Shown here one piece after another: positions 46,218 through 55,151 of a stretch of 64,000 bases of DNA (within the stretch, counting starts at the first letter, position 1; the number at the start of each line of letters is the position of its first letter). The notes under the pieces were generated by a model. That model had not been told where the DNA came from. It searched no databases and saw nothing but the letters and a program-made list of their open reading frames with translations. Source of the stretch: Rhodobiaceae bacterium. Lineage in GTDB: Bacteria > Pseudomonadota > Alphaproteobacteria > Puniceispirillales > Puniceispirillaceae. The DNA is taken from NCBI GenBank assembly GCA_018624035.1, contig JAAZUU010000001.1, positions 4,080 through 68,079 on the forward strand, written 5' to 3'. Made by a program: the position numbers and the translations under genes.

Positions 46218-47570
46218 ATGACCAGAACAACTGAAAAACCTGCAGCCGAAAATGCGGTGACCAACGAGGCGGTGACCAATGAGGCGGTAAAACGTCCGAA
46301 CCGTCGCACGGCCCTGAAGACACTTGCCGCGACCACGGCGCTTGCTGCTGCCGCCAGCAGCATGCCGCTGTTTGGGCGCTACGGACAGGTGCAGAGCTCA
46401 GAGCCGATCAAGATCGGATTTCAGGTCCACCGCACCGGCATCGGTGCCGCCTATGGCCGCTGGTATGACCGCACCACCAAGGCTGCCGTCAAAAAGATCA
46501 ATGATGAGGGTGGTATCAACGGCCGCCCGGTCGAGATTGTCGCCGAGGATGACGGCACCGACCCCAAGCGGGGTGCCGAGGTTGTCGAGAAGATGGCGAC
46601 ACAACATGGATGCGATATCGCTTTCGGCACGCTGTTCAGCCATGTCGTCATCGGGTCCGCGCCGCGTGCCGGCGAGCTGAAAATCCCCTATTTCGTCGTG
46701 TCCGAGGGGCACCATGTCGCCAGCGGCATGCTGAACCGCTACACGCTCCAGCCGGGGATCACCGATGTGAAGAGCCAGGTCCAGGCGATGGCCCCGTTCG
46801 TCAACAGCACGCTTGGCAAGAAGGTCACGATGATCTATCCGGATTTCGCCTTCGGTCATGATCACCGCGATTATTTCTCGGCCGCGGTCGCGGCACAGGG
46901 CGGCGATGTGGTCGCCAAGATCGCGATTCCGCCGACCGAGACGTCCTTCACCAAATATTTCCCGAAGATCCCGCGCAACACCGATGTCATCTATCACGTC
47001 ATGGTCGGGCCGGCGGTGCTGACCTTCGTCAAGGAAATGGGCGAATTCTTCGGCAATTCGCGCCCCGAGATCTTCGGCTTCATCGACTCGCTCGAGGCGG
47101 TCGATCTTGCCAGTCCGGGCCTGGAGTTCCTCGAGGGCACCTATTTCTGGGAAGGCAATCCGCGCTATGCGCAGGCCAACCAGTCGGATTATGACAAGGC
47201 CTATCGCAAGGCTGTCGGCGTCGATGCCAATGGCGCCTCGGTATCCGATCCGAAGGATGTCTCGACCTATGCGCATATGTTCGGCTGCTGGGAGACGCTT
47301 CATATCGTCAAGGCCGGTATGGAGGCGTCGGGATATGCCGGTGCCGGTGATCGCGCCAAGCTGATCGAGGCGGTGGAATCGATGACCTCGATGCCGCATT
47401 CCTACGCGCACCCGCAGGGCGCGAAGGAGTTCAACGGCAAGACGCACCAGACCTTCGGCCATCAATATATCACCAAGGTCGAGAATGGCAGGCTGGTCCT
47501 CGCGCACACGACCTCGATCGAGGATACCTACTATCCCGATGAGACGGACTACACCAAGCAGTCCTTCTGA
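46218..47570 (+). CDS. Liv/Amide-type ABC transporter substrate-binding protein with a twin-arginine signal
   Basis: The ATG at 46218 follows AGGGAG. MTRTTEKPAAEN(AVTNE)x2AVKRPNRRTALKTLAATTALAAAASS is a Tat-like signal. The body is a Leu/Ile/Val-binding-protein fold (IKIGFQVHRTG...). Confidence 0.75.
   Translation: MTRTTEKPAAENAVTNEAVTNEAVKRPNRRTALKTLAATTALAAAASSMPLFGRYGQVQSSEPIKIGFQVHRTGIGAAYGRWYDRTTKAAVKKINDEGGINGRPVEIVAEDDGTDPKRGAEVVEKMATQHGCDIAFGTLFSHVVIGSAPRAGELKIPYFVVSEGHHVASGMLNRYTLQPGITDVKSQVQAMAPFVNSTLGKKVTMIYPDFAFGHDHRDYFSAAVAAQGGDVVAKIAIPPTETSFTKYFPKIPRNTDVIYHVMVGPAVLTFVKEMGEFFGNSRPEIFGFIDSLEAVDLASPGLEFLEGTYFWEGNPRYAQANQSDYDKAYRKAVGVDANGASVSDPKDVSTYAHMFGCWETLHIVKAGMEASGYAGAGDRAKLIEAVESMTSMPHSYAHPQGAKEFNGKTHQTFGHQYITKVENGRLVLAHTTSIEDTYYPDETDYTKQSF
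46254..46289. repeat. 15-bp tandem repeat x2.4 (GCGGTGACCAAyGAG), in frame in the n-region of the binding-protein Tat signal
   Basis: Read directly. It encodes AVTNE-AVTNE-AV upstream of the RR motif. Confidence 0.85.
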
Positions 47571-47668
47571 TTTTCGGGCTGACCTTCGGGCGCGGCGGGC
47601 GGTGATGCCGGTCGCGCCCCATTCAATTATTCCGGTCTGTTGAGGGGGAGTGGCGTTCGCCACAACTC

Positions 47669-48595
47669 ATGGAACTTGGTCCCTATCTGATCCTCGGTTT
47701 GCTTGAAGGGCTTGTCACGGCGGCGGTGCTGTCGCTGATGGCGCTTGGCCTGTCGCTGGTCTTCGGCGTCATGCGCGTCGTGAATGTCGCGCATGGCGAA
47801 TTCTTCATGGTCGGCGCGGTGCTTGCCTGGATCATCGCGAACGCCGTTGATTCGCATCCGGCGGTGAATTTTCTGGCTGCCCTGTTGCTGGCACCTCCGG
47901 CGACAGCGTTGCTGGCGGCGATCGCCGACAGGCTGGTGCTGAAACGGGTCGCCTATGACCCCGAGCGCACCATCGTCGCGACGATTGGCCTTCTCTATAT
48001 CATCCAGCAGGTCACGCTGATGACCTATGGCCCCGATGCCCGCCCGGTCGAGGCGCCTTTCAACCACCGCCTGTCGATCCCGTTTGTCGAATGGACCGAA
48101 AGCGGGATGGCGCTCTACTGGCCCTGGGGGCTTGGCACCACCAGCTACAAGCTTGCCGTGATCGGCGCGGCGGTGCTGCTTCTCGGGGCGATCTGGCTGT
48201 TGATGACGCGCACGCGGATTGGCCTGGTGATGCGGGCGACACAGCTCGACAGCGAGATGGCCAGGGCCTTCGCCGTTCCGGTGGACCGTGTCTATGCCGC
48301 GGTGTTCGGCCTTGGCGCCGGCCTCGCGGCGCTGGCGGGTGTTCTGATCGTGCCGATCCAGCAGGCGCATTACCTGATGGGGCATGACCCGCTGCTGCTG
48401 TCCTTCATCGTTGTCATCATCGGCGGGCTCGGCAGCCTTCCCGGCACCGTGGTGGCGGCACTTCTGATCGGCATCAGCGACGGCATGATCTCGGTCTTCT
48501 TCACGCCGACCCTTGCCAAGATCATCGCCACGCTCGGTGTTGCCTTCGTCCTGATTTTCCGCCCGCAGGGGCTGTTCGGGAGGAAAGGGCTGTGA
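47669..48595 (+). CDS. Branched-chain amino acid-type ABC permease (LivH-like)
   Basis: 308 aa: LILGLLEGLVTAAVLSLMALGLSLVFGVMRVVNVAHGEF. Confidence 0.8.
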   Translation: MELGPYLILGLLEGLVTAAVLSLMALGLSLVFGVMRVVNVAHGEFFMVGAVLAWIIANAVDSHPAVNFLAALLLAPPATALLAAIADRLVLKRVAYDPERTIVATIGLLYIIQQVTLMTYGPDARPVEAPFNHRLSIPFVEWTESGMALYWPWGLGTTSYKLAVIGAAVLLLGAIWLLMTRTRIGLVMRATQLDSEMARAFAVPVDRVYAAVFGLGAGLAALAGVLIVPIQQAHYLMGHDPLLLSFIVVIIGGLGSLPGTVVAALLIGISDGMISVFFTPTLAKIIATLGVAFVLIFRPQGLFGRKGL

Positions 48596-49551
48596 GCATG
48601 TTCCTCGGCAGCAATCTTCGCAAGTCATGGACGCTGCATATCGGCGTGATCATCCTGCTGTTCGCGTTGCAATTCATTCTGCCGGCCTATCATCATGGCA
48701 ATCTGGCGCGGATCATGGTGCTGGCCTGCTACGCCATGGGCTACAACATCCTGTTCGGCTATACCGGCCTGCTCAGCCTCGGTCACGCGCTGTTTTTCGC
48801 CGCCGGCATGTATGGCATGTCGCTGACCGTGCAGCATCTTGGATGGAGCGCCGGTCCGGCGCTGCTGGCTGGGCTGGCGGCAGGCTTTGCGGTGGCGCTT
48901 GCCATCGGGCTTCTGGCGCTGCGTACCGCCGGTGTCGCCTTCATGATCGTGACGCTGATGTTCGCCCAGGCAGGCTATCTCGCGGCGCTCTATTTCGGCG
49001 AATATACCCGTGGTGACGAGGGGTTCGTGATCCAGCAATCCTTCCGCCAGCTTGCCGGGGTCAATCTTGCCGATCCCACCAATCGCTATTTCGCCGCGCT
49101 GGCGCTGTTCGCGATCTGTGTGGTGGTCTCGTTGCGGGTCGTCCAGGCCGGATTCGGCCGGGTGCTTGTCGCCATTCGCGAGAATGAGGAACGCACCCGC
49201 ATGCTTGGCTACGACATCCACCGTCACAAGCTTGCCGCCGTTGTCCTGTCGGGAACAATGTCGGCCGCCGCCGGCGCCGCCTACGGGTTGCTGTTCGGCT
49301 ATGCCGGGGCGACGTTCGCGTCGGTCCAGTATTCGATCTTTCCGCTTCTCTGGGTGCTTCTCGGCGGGGCCGGCACGATCCTCGGGCCGTTTGTCGGCAC
49401 CCTGTTCATGTTCTATCTGATCGACCTGTCGAGCGAGCTGACAACCGCCTACATGCTGATCGCCGGCTTCGCACTCGTGATGCTGACGCTGTTCGCGCCG
49501 CAGGGCCTTGTCGGCGAGTTGCGCCGTCGCGCGCTGAGGTGGCTGCCATGA
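48592..49551 (+). CDS. Branched-chain amino acid-type ABC permease (LivM-like)
   Basis: 319 aa with a GTG start in a GTGA overlap: YNILFGYTGLLSLGHALFFAAGMY. Confidence 0.8.
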   Translation: MSMFLGSNLRKSWTLHIGVIILLFALQFILPAYHHGNLARIMVLACYAMGYNILFGYTGLLSLGHALFFAAGMYGMSLTVQHLGWSAGPALLAGLAAGFAVALAIGLLALRTAGVAFMIVTLMFAQAGYLAALYFGEYTRGDEGFVIQQSFRQLAGVNLADPTNRYFAALALFAICVVVSLRVVQAGFGRVLVAIRENEERTRMLGYDIHRHKLAAVVLSGTMSAAAGAAYGLLFGYAGATFASVQYSIFPLLWVLLGGAGTILGPFVGTLFMFYLIDLSSELTTAYMLIAGFALVMLTLFAPQGLVGELRRRALRWLP

Positions 49552-50261
49552 CGCTGTTGTCAACACGCGGCCTGAGCCGTAATTTCGGGGGCCTGAAGGC
49601 CGTCGACAATGTCGATTTCGATCTTCCCGCCGGCGAGGTGCGCGCCCTGATCGGCCCGAATGGCGCCGGCAAGACAACCTTTGTCGGCATGCTGTCGGGC
49701 CGGATTCCGGCGAGTGCCGGAACTGTGAGTTTCGACGGCCGGGACGTCACCATGATGCCGGCGCACCGGCGGATCCGAGCCGGCATGGCCTATACCTTCC
49801 AGATCACCTCGGTGTTCAGCCGGCTGCCGGTGGCGGAAAATGTCGCTTTGGCGCTGCGCTGGCGGACCGGGGACGATTTGGCGGCAACAGACCGCCAAGT
49901 TGCCGAGGCGCTGGATCGGGTGGGAATCGCCGACCGTGCCGACCAGCTTGCCGGTGACCTCAGCTACGGGCATCAGCGCCTCCTGGAAATCGCCATGGGG
50001 CTGAGCCAGCAGCCGCGCCTGCTGATCCTCGACGAGCCGACGCAGGGTCTCGCCGACAGCGAGATTGTCGATTTCGTGGCGCTGATCCGCGGTCTGGCCG
50101 GCGACATGACGATTCTGCTGATCGAGCACAATATCAACGTTGTGATGCAGACGGCCGACGCCATCACCGTTCTCAATTTCGGATCGGTCCTTGCCAGCGG
50201 CACGCCGTCTGAAATCAGGAACAACGCGGCGGTGCAGGCCGCCTATCTGGGGACAGGCTGA
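49548..50261 (+). CDS. ABC transporter ATP-binding protein (LivG-like)
   Basis: The ATG at 49548 is in an ATGA overlap with the LivM-like stop. GPNGAGKTT, LSYGHQRLLEIA, LILDEP. Confidence 0.85.
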   Translation: MTLLSTRGLSRNFGGLKAVDNVDFDLPAGEVRALIGPNGAGKTTFVGMLSGRIPASAGTVSFDGRDVTMMPAHRRIRAGMAYTFQITSVFSRLPVAENVALALRWRTGDDLAATDRQVAEALDRVGIADRADQLAGDLSYGHQRLLEIAMGLSQQPRLLILDEPTQGLADSEIVDFVALIRGLAGDMTILLIEHNINVVMQTADAITVLNFGSVLASGTPSEIRNNAAVQAAYLGTG

Positions 50262-50956
50262 TGCTGAATGTCGAAAATCTGTCCTCGGGATATGGCGATA
50301 TCAGGGTACTTCATGACGTGTCCTTCACTGTCGAGGGCGGCGAGATCGTCTGCCTTCTGGGGCGCAACGGCGCCGGCAAGACCACCTGCCTGAAAACCAT
50401 CATGGGGCTGTTGCGGGCGCGGTCAGGCTCTGTCACATGCGGTGATGTGGAGGTGTCGCGCCTGCCGGCGAACGAGGTGCCGCGCCATGGCATCGGTTAT
50501 ATCCCGCAGGGGCGGCGCCTGTTCGCCGAACTGACGGTGGCCGAGAATCTCGAGATCGGGCTGATGGTGCGTGGCAAGGGACGTGAGACGCGTGACCGCG
50601 TGCTGGAGATGTTCCCGCGCCTTGGCGAAAGGTTGAACCAGCGTGCCGATACCCTTTCGGGCGGTGAGCAGCAGATGCTGGCCACCGGTCGGGCGCTGTG
50701 TATCGAGCCGTCGGTGCTGTTGCTGGATGAGCCGACCGAGGGGCTGCAGCCCTCGATGATCGAACAGATCAGACAGGCGGTCACAGCGCTTCGGGACCGC
50801 GGGGTGGCCATCCTTCTGGTTGAACAGCGGGTCGATGCGGTGCTGTCGATCGCCAACCGTGTGGTGTTTCTCGAGAATGGCCGCAGCCACCCGGCCATCG
50901 ATGCCGGGGAGCTGAAGACAAACCCCAACCTTCTGCATCGTTTTATCGGGGTGTAA
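50261..50956 (+). CDS. ABC transporter ATP-binding protein (LivF-like)
   Basis: 231 aa, TGATG junction: GRNGAGKTT, LSGGEQQMLATGRAL, LLLDEP. Confidence 0.85.
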   Translation: MLNVENLSSGYGDIRVLHDVSFTVEGGEIVCLLGRNGAGKTTCLKTIMGLLRARSGSVTCGDVEVSRLPANEVPRHGIGYIPQGRRLFAELTVAENLEIGLMVRGKGRETRDRVLEMFPRLGERLNQRADTLSGGEQQMLATGRALCIEPSVLLLDEPTEGLQPSMIEQIRQAVTALRDRGVAILLVEQRVDAVLSIANRVVFLENGRSHPAIDAGELKTNPNLLHRFIGV

Positions 50957-50986
50957 GCCGCTGCGACGTCCCGCCGGACGAGCCGG

Positions 50987-51424
50987 TCAGATGAGCCGGT
51001 CCAGAAGCTTGATCAGCCGGTCCTGTTCCTGTTTGTCAAGCGGTGCCAGCGTCCGGCGCGTCACCTCGGACGCCTTGGCGACAAGCTCATCATGCAGATC
51101 GCGTCCCGCCTCGGTCGGAGTCAGCATCAGCCGCCGGCGGTCGCCGACAAGCGGCGATGCATCGACAAGGCCGCGGGCGCGCAGCCGGTCGACAACACCC
51201 TTGATTGTCGCGACATCCATCGAGGTCAGTCGCCCGAGCTCGTTCTGCGAGGTCTGACCAAGCTCGCAAAGTTTTGCCAGGGCGGCGAACTGCGTTGGGG
51301 TCATTTCGGGGATCAGTGACGAAAAAATCGCGATATGGCGCTGCATCACGCGGCGCATGATGAAGCCGACCTGCCGTTCCAGAAGATATGTGTTGCGAGC
51401 TGTCACGCTGTGTCCTCCGGGCAT
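50987..51424 (-). CDS. MarR-family transcriptional regulator (NicR-like by context)
   Basis: LLERQVGFIMRRV...MTPTQFAALAKLCELGQTSQNELGRLTSMDVATIKGVVDRLRARGLV is a winged-helix MarR core. I prefer the ATG at 51424 because the codons between 51424 and the ATG at 51481 are rich in A/T-ending rare codons. The start is uncertain. Confidence 0.7.
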   Translation of the reverse strand: MPGGHSVTARNTYLLERQVGFIMRRVMQRHIAIFSSLIPEMTPTQFAALAKLCELGQTSQNELGRLTSMDVATIKGVVDRLRARGLVDASPLVGDRRRLMLTPTEAGRDLHDELVAKASEVTRRTLAPLDKQEQDRLIKLLDRLI

Positions 51425-51491
51425 GCGACGACATGGCGTCGACTGCGTGCCTTTGTCAGTTGACACTATCAGGACCCCCATGCACAGTCTA

Positions 51492-51508
51492 TTTGTATAC
51501 GAATGAAA
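51492..51508. promoter_or_regulatory. Operator-like box, site 3 (TTTGTATACGAATGAAA), in the marR / Mo-hydroxylase divergent spacer
   Basis: It lies between the MarR gene and the FAD-subunit gene, 27 nt before the 51535 ATG. It is an AT-rich island in a GC-rich context. Confidence 0.5.
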
Positions 51509-51534
51509 TTGGCAATGAATTCAACCGCGAAACC

Positions 51535-52380
51535 ATGAATTATCTGCGACCTCATCTTCTCGAAGACGCGTTGCAATGGCTGGCGACGAAGCGGCCGCTT
51601 GTCATGGCCGGCTGTACAGATATCTACCCGACCACACAGGCACCGTCGCTTGACGGGCCGCTTCTCGACATTACCGCCCTTGAGGGCCTGCGCGGCATCA
51701 CTGTGGCGGACGGGTGGCGGCGCTTTGGCGCGGCGACAACCTGGGATGATGTGCTGCAATCCAACCTGCCACCTTCCTATCGCATGCTGAAACAGGCGGC
51801 GCGCGAGATCGGCGCGGTGCAGATTCAGGTCAGCGGCACCATTGGCGGCAATCTGTGTACCGCCTCGCCAGCGGCCGACAGCGTGCCATGCCTGATGGCA
51901 CTTGATGCCGAAGTTGAACTTGCCTCGGTCGGCGGCAGTCGACGCCTGCCGCTCGCCGACTTCCTGACCGGGCCGCGGCAGACGGCGTTGCGGCCAGATG
52001 AACTTCTTGTCGCCATCCATGTGCCGCGGCATGCCGAGGCCGGCCGGTCGGGCTTTGCCAAGCTTGGCGCGCGCCGCTATCTGGTGATTTCGATCGCCAT
52101 GGCCGCCGTGCGGCTGGAGGTCGAGGATGGGCGCATTACAGGCGCGGCGGTGTCGGTTGGTGCCTGTGCGCCGGTCGCGTCCCGCCAGACCGGCCTGGAA
52201 TCACGCCTTGTCGGACGCCGGCCTGACGACATTGACGCGCTGGCCACCGAGGCGATGCTGATGATCGCCGACAGCCTCTCGCCGATTGATGATGTACGGG
52301 CCTCGGCCGGCTATCGGCGGCAGGCGGCGGCCGAACTTGCCTGGCGGAGCATCCGGTCACTTTGCAGGGAGGCGGCGTGA
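51535..52380 (+). CDS. Molybdenum hydroxylase FAD-binding (medium, CoxM/XdhB-like) subunit
   Basis: The ATG at 51535 gives MNYLRPHLLEDALQWLATKRPLVMAGCTDIYP...GGNLCTASPAADS, the FAD_binding_5 pattern. Confidence 0.75.
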   Translation: MNYLRPHLLEDALQWLATKRPLVMAGCTDIYPTTQAPSLDGPLLDITALEGLRGITVADGWRRFGAATTWDDVLQSNLPPSYRMLKQAAREIGAVQIQVSGTIGGNLCTASPAADSVPCLMALDAEVELASVGGSRRLPLADFLTGPRQTALRPDELLVAIHVPRHAEAGRSGFAKLGARRYLVISIAMAAVRLEVEDGRITGAAVSVGACAPVASRQTGLESRLVGRRPDDIDALATEAMLMIADSLSPIDDVRASAGYRRQAAAELAWRSIRSLCREAA

Positions 52381-55139
52381 TGGACGGCGTTTCCGAGTCC
52401 GGCACACAGCTTGATTTCACGGTGAATGGCGAGGCGGCGAGGCTCCGCTGCGCCCCGTCGACGCGGCTCAGCGATCTGCTTCGTGAACAGCTTGGCCTTC
52501 GTGGGACAAAGGTCGGATGCAATGCCGGCGATTGCGGCGCCTGCACCGTGCTTCTTGATGGCCGGCCGGTCTGTGCCTGTCTGGTGCCCGCCGGCCAAGT
52601 CGAGGGGCGGCATGTCGAAACCGCGGAATCGCTTGCCGGCCCGGACAGTGTTCTCTCGAACCTTCAGCAGGCCTTTTTGCGGCATGGGGCGGCACAATGC
52701 GGGATCTGCACCCCCGGCATGATGATGGCGGCGACGGCGTTGCTTCGCGGCACCCCGTCGCCGGATCGCGGTCAGGTCGAGGACGCTATCGGCGGCGTGC
52801 TGTGCCGCTGTACCGGCTATGCGAAGATCGTCGATGCCATCATGGATGCGGGAGCTGGCGCGATTTCGCCTCCGTCGCCCGATGCCGGCGCTGCGGTCGG
52901 TGCCGCCGTATATCGTCTTGACGGCCACGCCAAGGTCAATGCCACCGAAAAGTTCGGTGCTGATTCCTGGCCGCAGGACGCGCTTCTGGTGCGGGCCGTC
53001 CGGTCACCGCATTTTCTTGCCGATTTCAGCTTTGGCGATCTTGCCGGGTGGCAGCAGGACCGGCCCTTTGCCACCGCCATCGTCACGGCGGCGGACATTC
53101 GCGGCGTCAATGCCTTCGGCGTGATCCCGCCCTTCGCCGACCAGCCGGCGCTTGCCGAGACGACCGCGCGGTTCCGCGGCGAGGCGGTGGCGCTGGTGAT
53201 CGGCACGGCCGAGGAGCTTGTCGCCGCCAATCTGTCGGATTTTCCGGTCGTCTGGCAGGAACGCGATCCGGCGCTGACGGTCGAGGCGGCGCGTCGCCCG
53301 GGTGTGGCGCAGCTTCATGAGACGCGACCCGACAATCTGCTGATCACGGGCAAGGTGAAAAGCGGCGACGGCGCGGCCGGGCTGTCGAGTGGCGATGTGC
53401 GGGTCAGCGCCGCCATCGAGACGGCCTATGTCGAGCATGCGCCGATCGAGCCCGAGGCCGGTTGTGCCTGGATGGAGGGTGATGTTCTGGTCATCTCGGC
53501 CTGCACGCAGGCACCGGTGATGGATCAGGAGGACACGGCCAGGATCCTGGGATTGCCGCTTGATCGGGTGCGGATCATTCCGGCCGCTGCCGGCGGCGGG
53601 TTCGGCACCAAGCTGGATGTCTCGCTGCAGCCGCTTCTGGGGCTGGCGGTGATGAGGACGGGCCGTCCGTGCCGGATGGTCTATTCGCGTCAGGAATCAA
53701 TGATCTCGACAACCAAACGTCACCCGGCGGCGATGCGCGGACAGCTTGCCGCGACGCAGGATGGCCGGCTTGCCGGCATGGTGTTCGAGGGTGAATTCAA
53801 CACTGGCGCCTATGCCAGCTGGGGGCCGACGGTGGCGACGCGGGTGCCGATCCACGCCTCTGGCCCGTACAATGTTCCGCATTACCTTGCCGAGGCGCAT
53901 GCCATCCATACCAACGGGCCGGTGTCGGGTGCCTTTCGGGGTTTTGGCGTGCCGCAGGCGACGATCCTGCAGGAAGTGCTGATGGACAGGCTGGCGGGCG
54001 AGCTCGGCCTCGACCGTCTGGACTTCCGGCGTCGCAACGCGCTTGTCGATGGTGACCGCACCGTTTGCGGCCAGCAGGTGCATGGTGTGGGGATTGCCGA
54101 ATGTCTGGATGCGCTGGTGCCGGCCTGGCAGGCGGCGCAGGCGCGCGCCGCGACGTTCAATGCCAATGGCGGAACAACGCGCCGGGGTGTCGGTGTCGCG
54201 TCATGCTGGTATGGGTGCGGCAACACCGCGTTGTCGAACCCGTCGACCATTCGCCTCGGTATCACCGCCGATGGCCGGCTGCGGCTGCATCAGGGGGCGA
54301 CCGATATCGGCCAGGGGTCGAACACCGTAATCACGCAGATATGTGCCGACGCGCTTGGCATGCCGCTTGCCGATTTCGAGCTTGTCGGCCCGGATACCGC
54401 GATCACGCCTGATTGCGGCAAGACCTCGGCCTCGCGGCAGACCTTCATCACCGGCAAGGCGGCCGAACTGTCCGGACGCCGCCTTCGTGCCGACATCCTG
54501 CGCCTCAGCAATATGGAGGATGAGTCCGAAATCCGGATCGAGGATACATGCATCGTCATCACCGGCGCGGCGGACCGGCAGCGGATCGACCTTGCGACGA
54601 TGCCGGTCGATGAATTCGGCTATGTGATGCGCGCCGAGGAAACCTACGATCCGCCAACGGTGCCGCTTGATGCCGACGGCCAGGGCGAGCCCTATGCCGT
54701 CTATGGCTATGGGGCGCAGGTGGTTGAGCTGGAGGTTGACCTGAAACTTGGCACGGTCAGGGTCCTGCACATCACCGCGGTGCATGATCTGGGACGGGTG
54801 ATCAACCCGCTGCTGGCCACCGGGCAGATCGAGGGTGGCATCGCGCAGGGGCTCGGCATGGCGCTGATGGAGGAATATATTCCCGGCCGCACCGAGAATC
54901 TGCATGATTATCTGATCCCGTCATGCGGCGACATGCCGGAGATCGAGACCATTTTCATCGAGAAGCCCGATCCGGTCGGCCCGATGGGGGCAAAGGGGCT
55001 TGGCGAGCATGTGCTGATCCCGACGGCGCCAGCGATCCTGAACGCCATTCATGACGCGACCGGCGCCTGGATTGACCAATTGCCGGCGCTGCCACATCGC
55101 GTTATGGCGGCCATCCGCGCCGCTGATCAGGGTCATTAG
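52380..55139 (+). CDS. Fused [2Fe-2S] small subunit plus molybdopterin-binding large subunit of a xanthine-dehydrogenase-family hydroxylase (candidate nicotinate dehydrogenase)
   Basis: The ATG at 52380 overlaps the upstream stop (TGATG). The N-terminus has GCNAGDCGACTV and QCGICTPGMMM...CRCTGY. The rest is an aldehyde-oxidase/XDH a/b-hammerhead plus Moco domains (...GGGFG..., ...AKGLGE...). Confidence 0.75.
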   Translation: MDGVSESGTQLDFTVNGEAARLRCAPSTRLSDLLREQLGLRGTKVGCNAGDCGACTVLLDGRPVCACLVPAGQVEGRHVETAESLAGPDSVLSNLQQAFLRHGAAQCGICTPGMMMAATALLRGTPSPDRGQVEDAIGGVLCRCTGYAKIVDAIMDAGAGAISPPSPDAGAAVGAAVYRLDGHAKVNATEKFGADSWPQDALLVRAVRSPHFLADFSFGDLAGWQQDRPFATAIVTAADIRGVNAFGVIPPFADQPALAETTARFRGEAVALVIGTAEELVAANLSDFPVVWQERDPALTVEAARRPGVAQLHETRPDNLLITGKVKSGDGAAGLSSGDVRVSAAIETAYVEHAPIEPEAGCAWMEGDVLVISACTQAPVMDQEDTARILGLPLDRVRIIPAAAGGGFGTKLDVSLQPLLGLAVMRTGRPCRMVYSRQESMISTTKRHPAAMRGQLAATQDGRLAGMVFEGEFNTGAYASWGPTVATRVPIHASGPYNVPHYLAEAHAIHTNGPVSGAFRGFGVPQATILQEVLMDRLAGELGLDRLDFRRRNALVDGDRTVCGQQVHGVGIAECLDALVPAWQAAQARAATFNANGGTTRRGVGVASCWYGCGNTALSNPSTIRLGITADGRLRLHQGATDIGQGSNTVITQICADALGMPLADFELVGPDTAITPDCGKTSASRQTFITGKAAELSGRRLRADILRLSNMEDESEIRIEDTCIVITGAADRQRIDLATMPVDEFGYVMRAEETYDPPTVPLDADGQGEPYAVYGYGAQVVELEVDLKLGTVRVLHITAVHDLGRVINPLLATGQIEGGIAQGLGMALMEEYIPGRTENLHDYLIPSCGDMPEIETIFIEKPDPVGPMGAKGLGEHVLIPTAPAILNAIHDATGAWIDQLPALPHRVMAAIRAADQGH

Positions 55140-55151
55140 GGGAGAGCGAGC

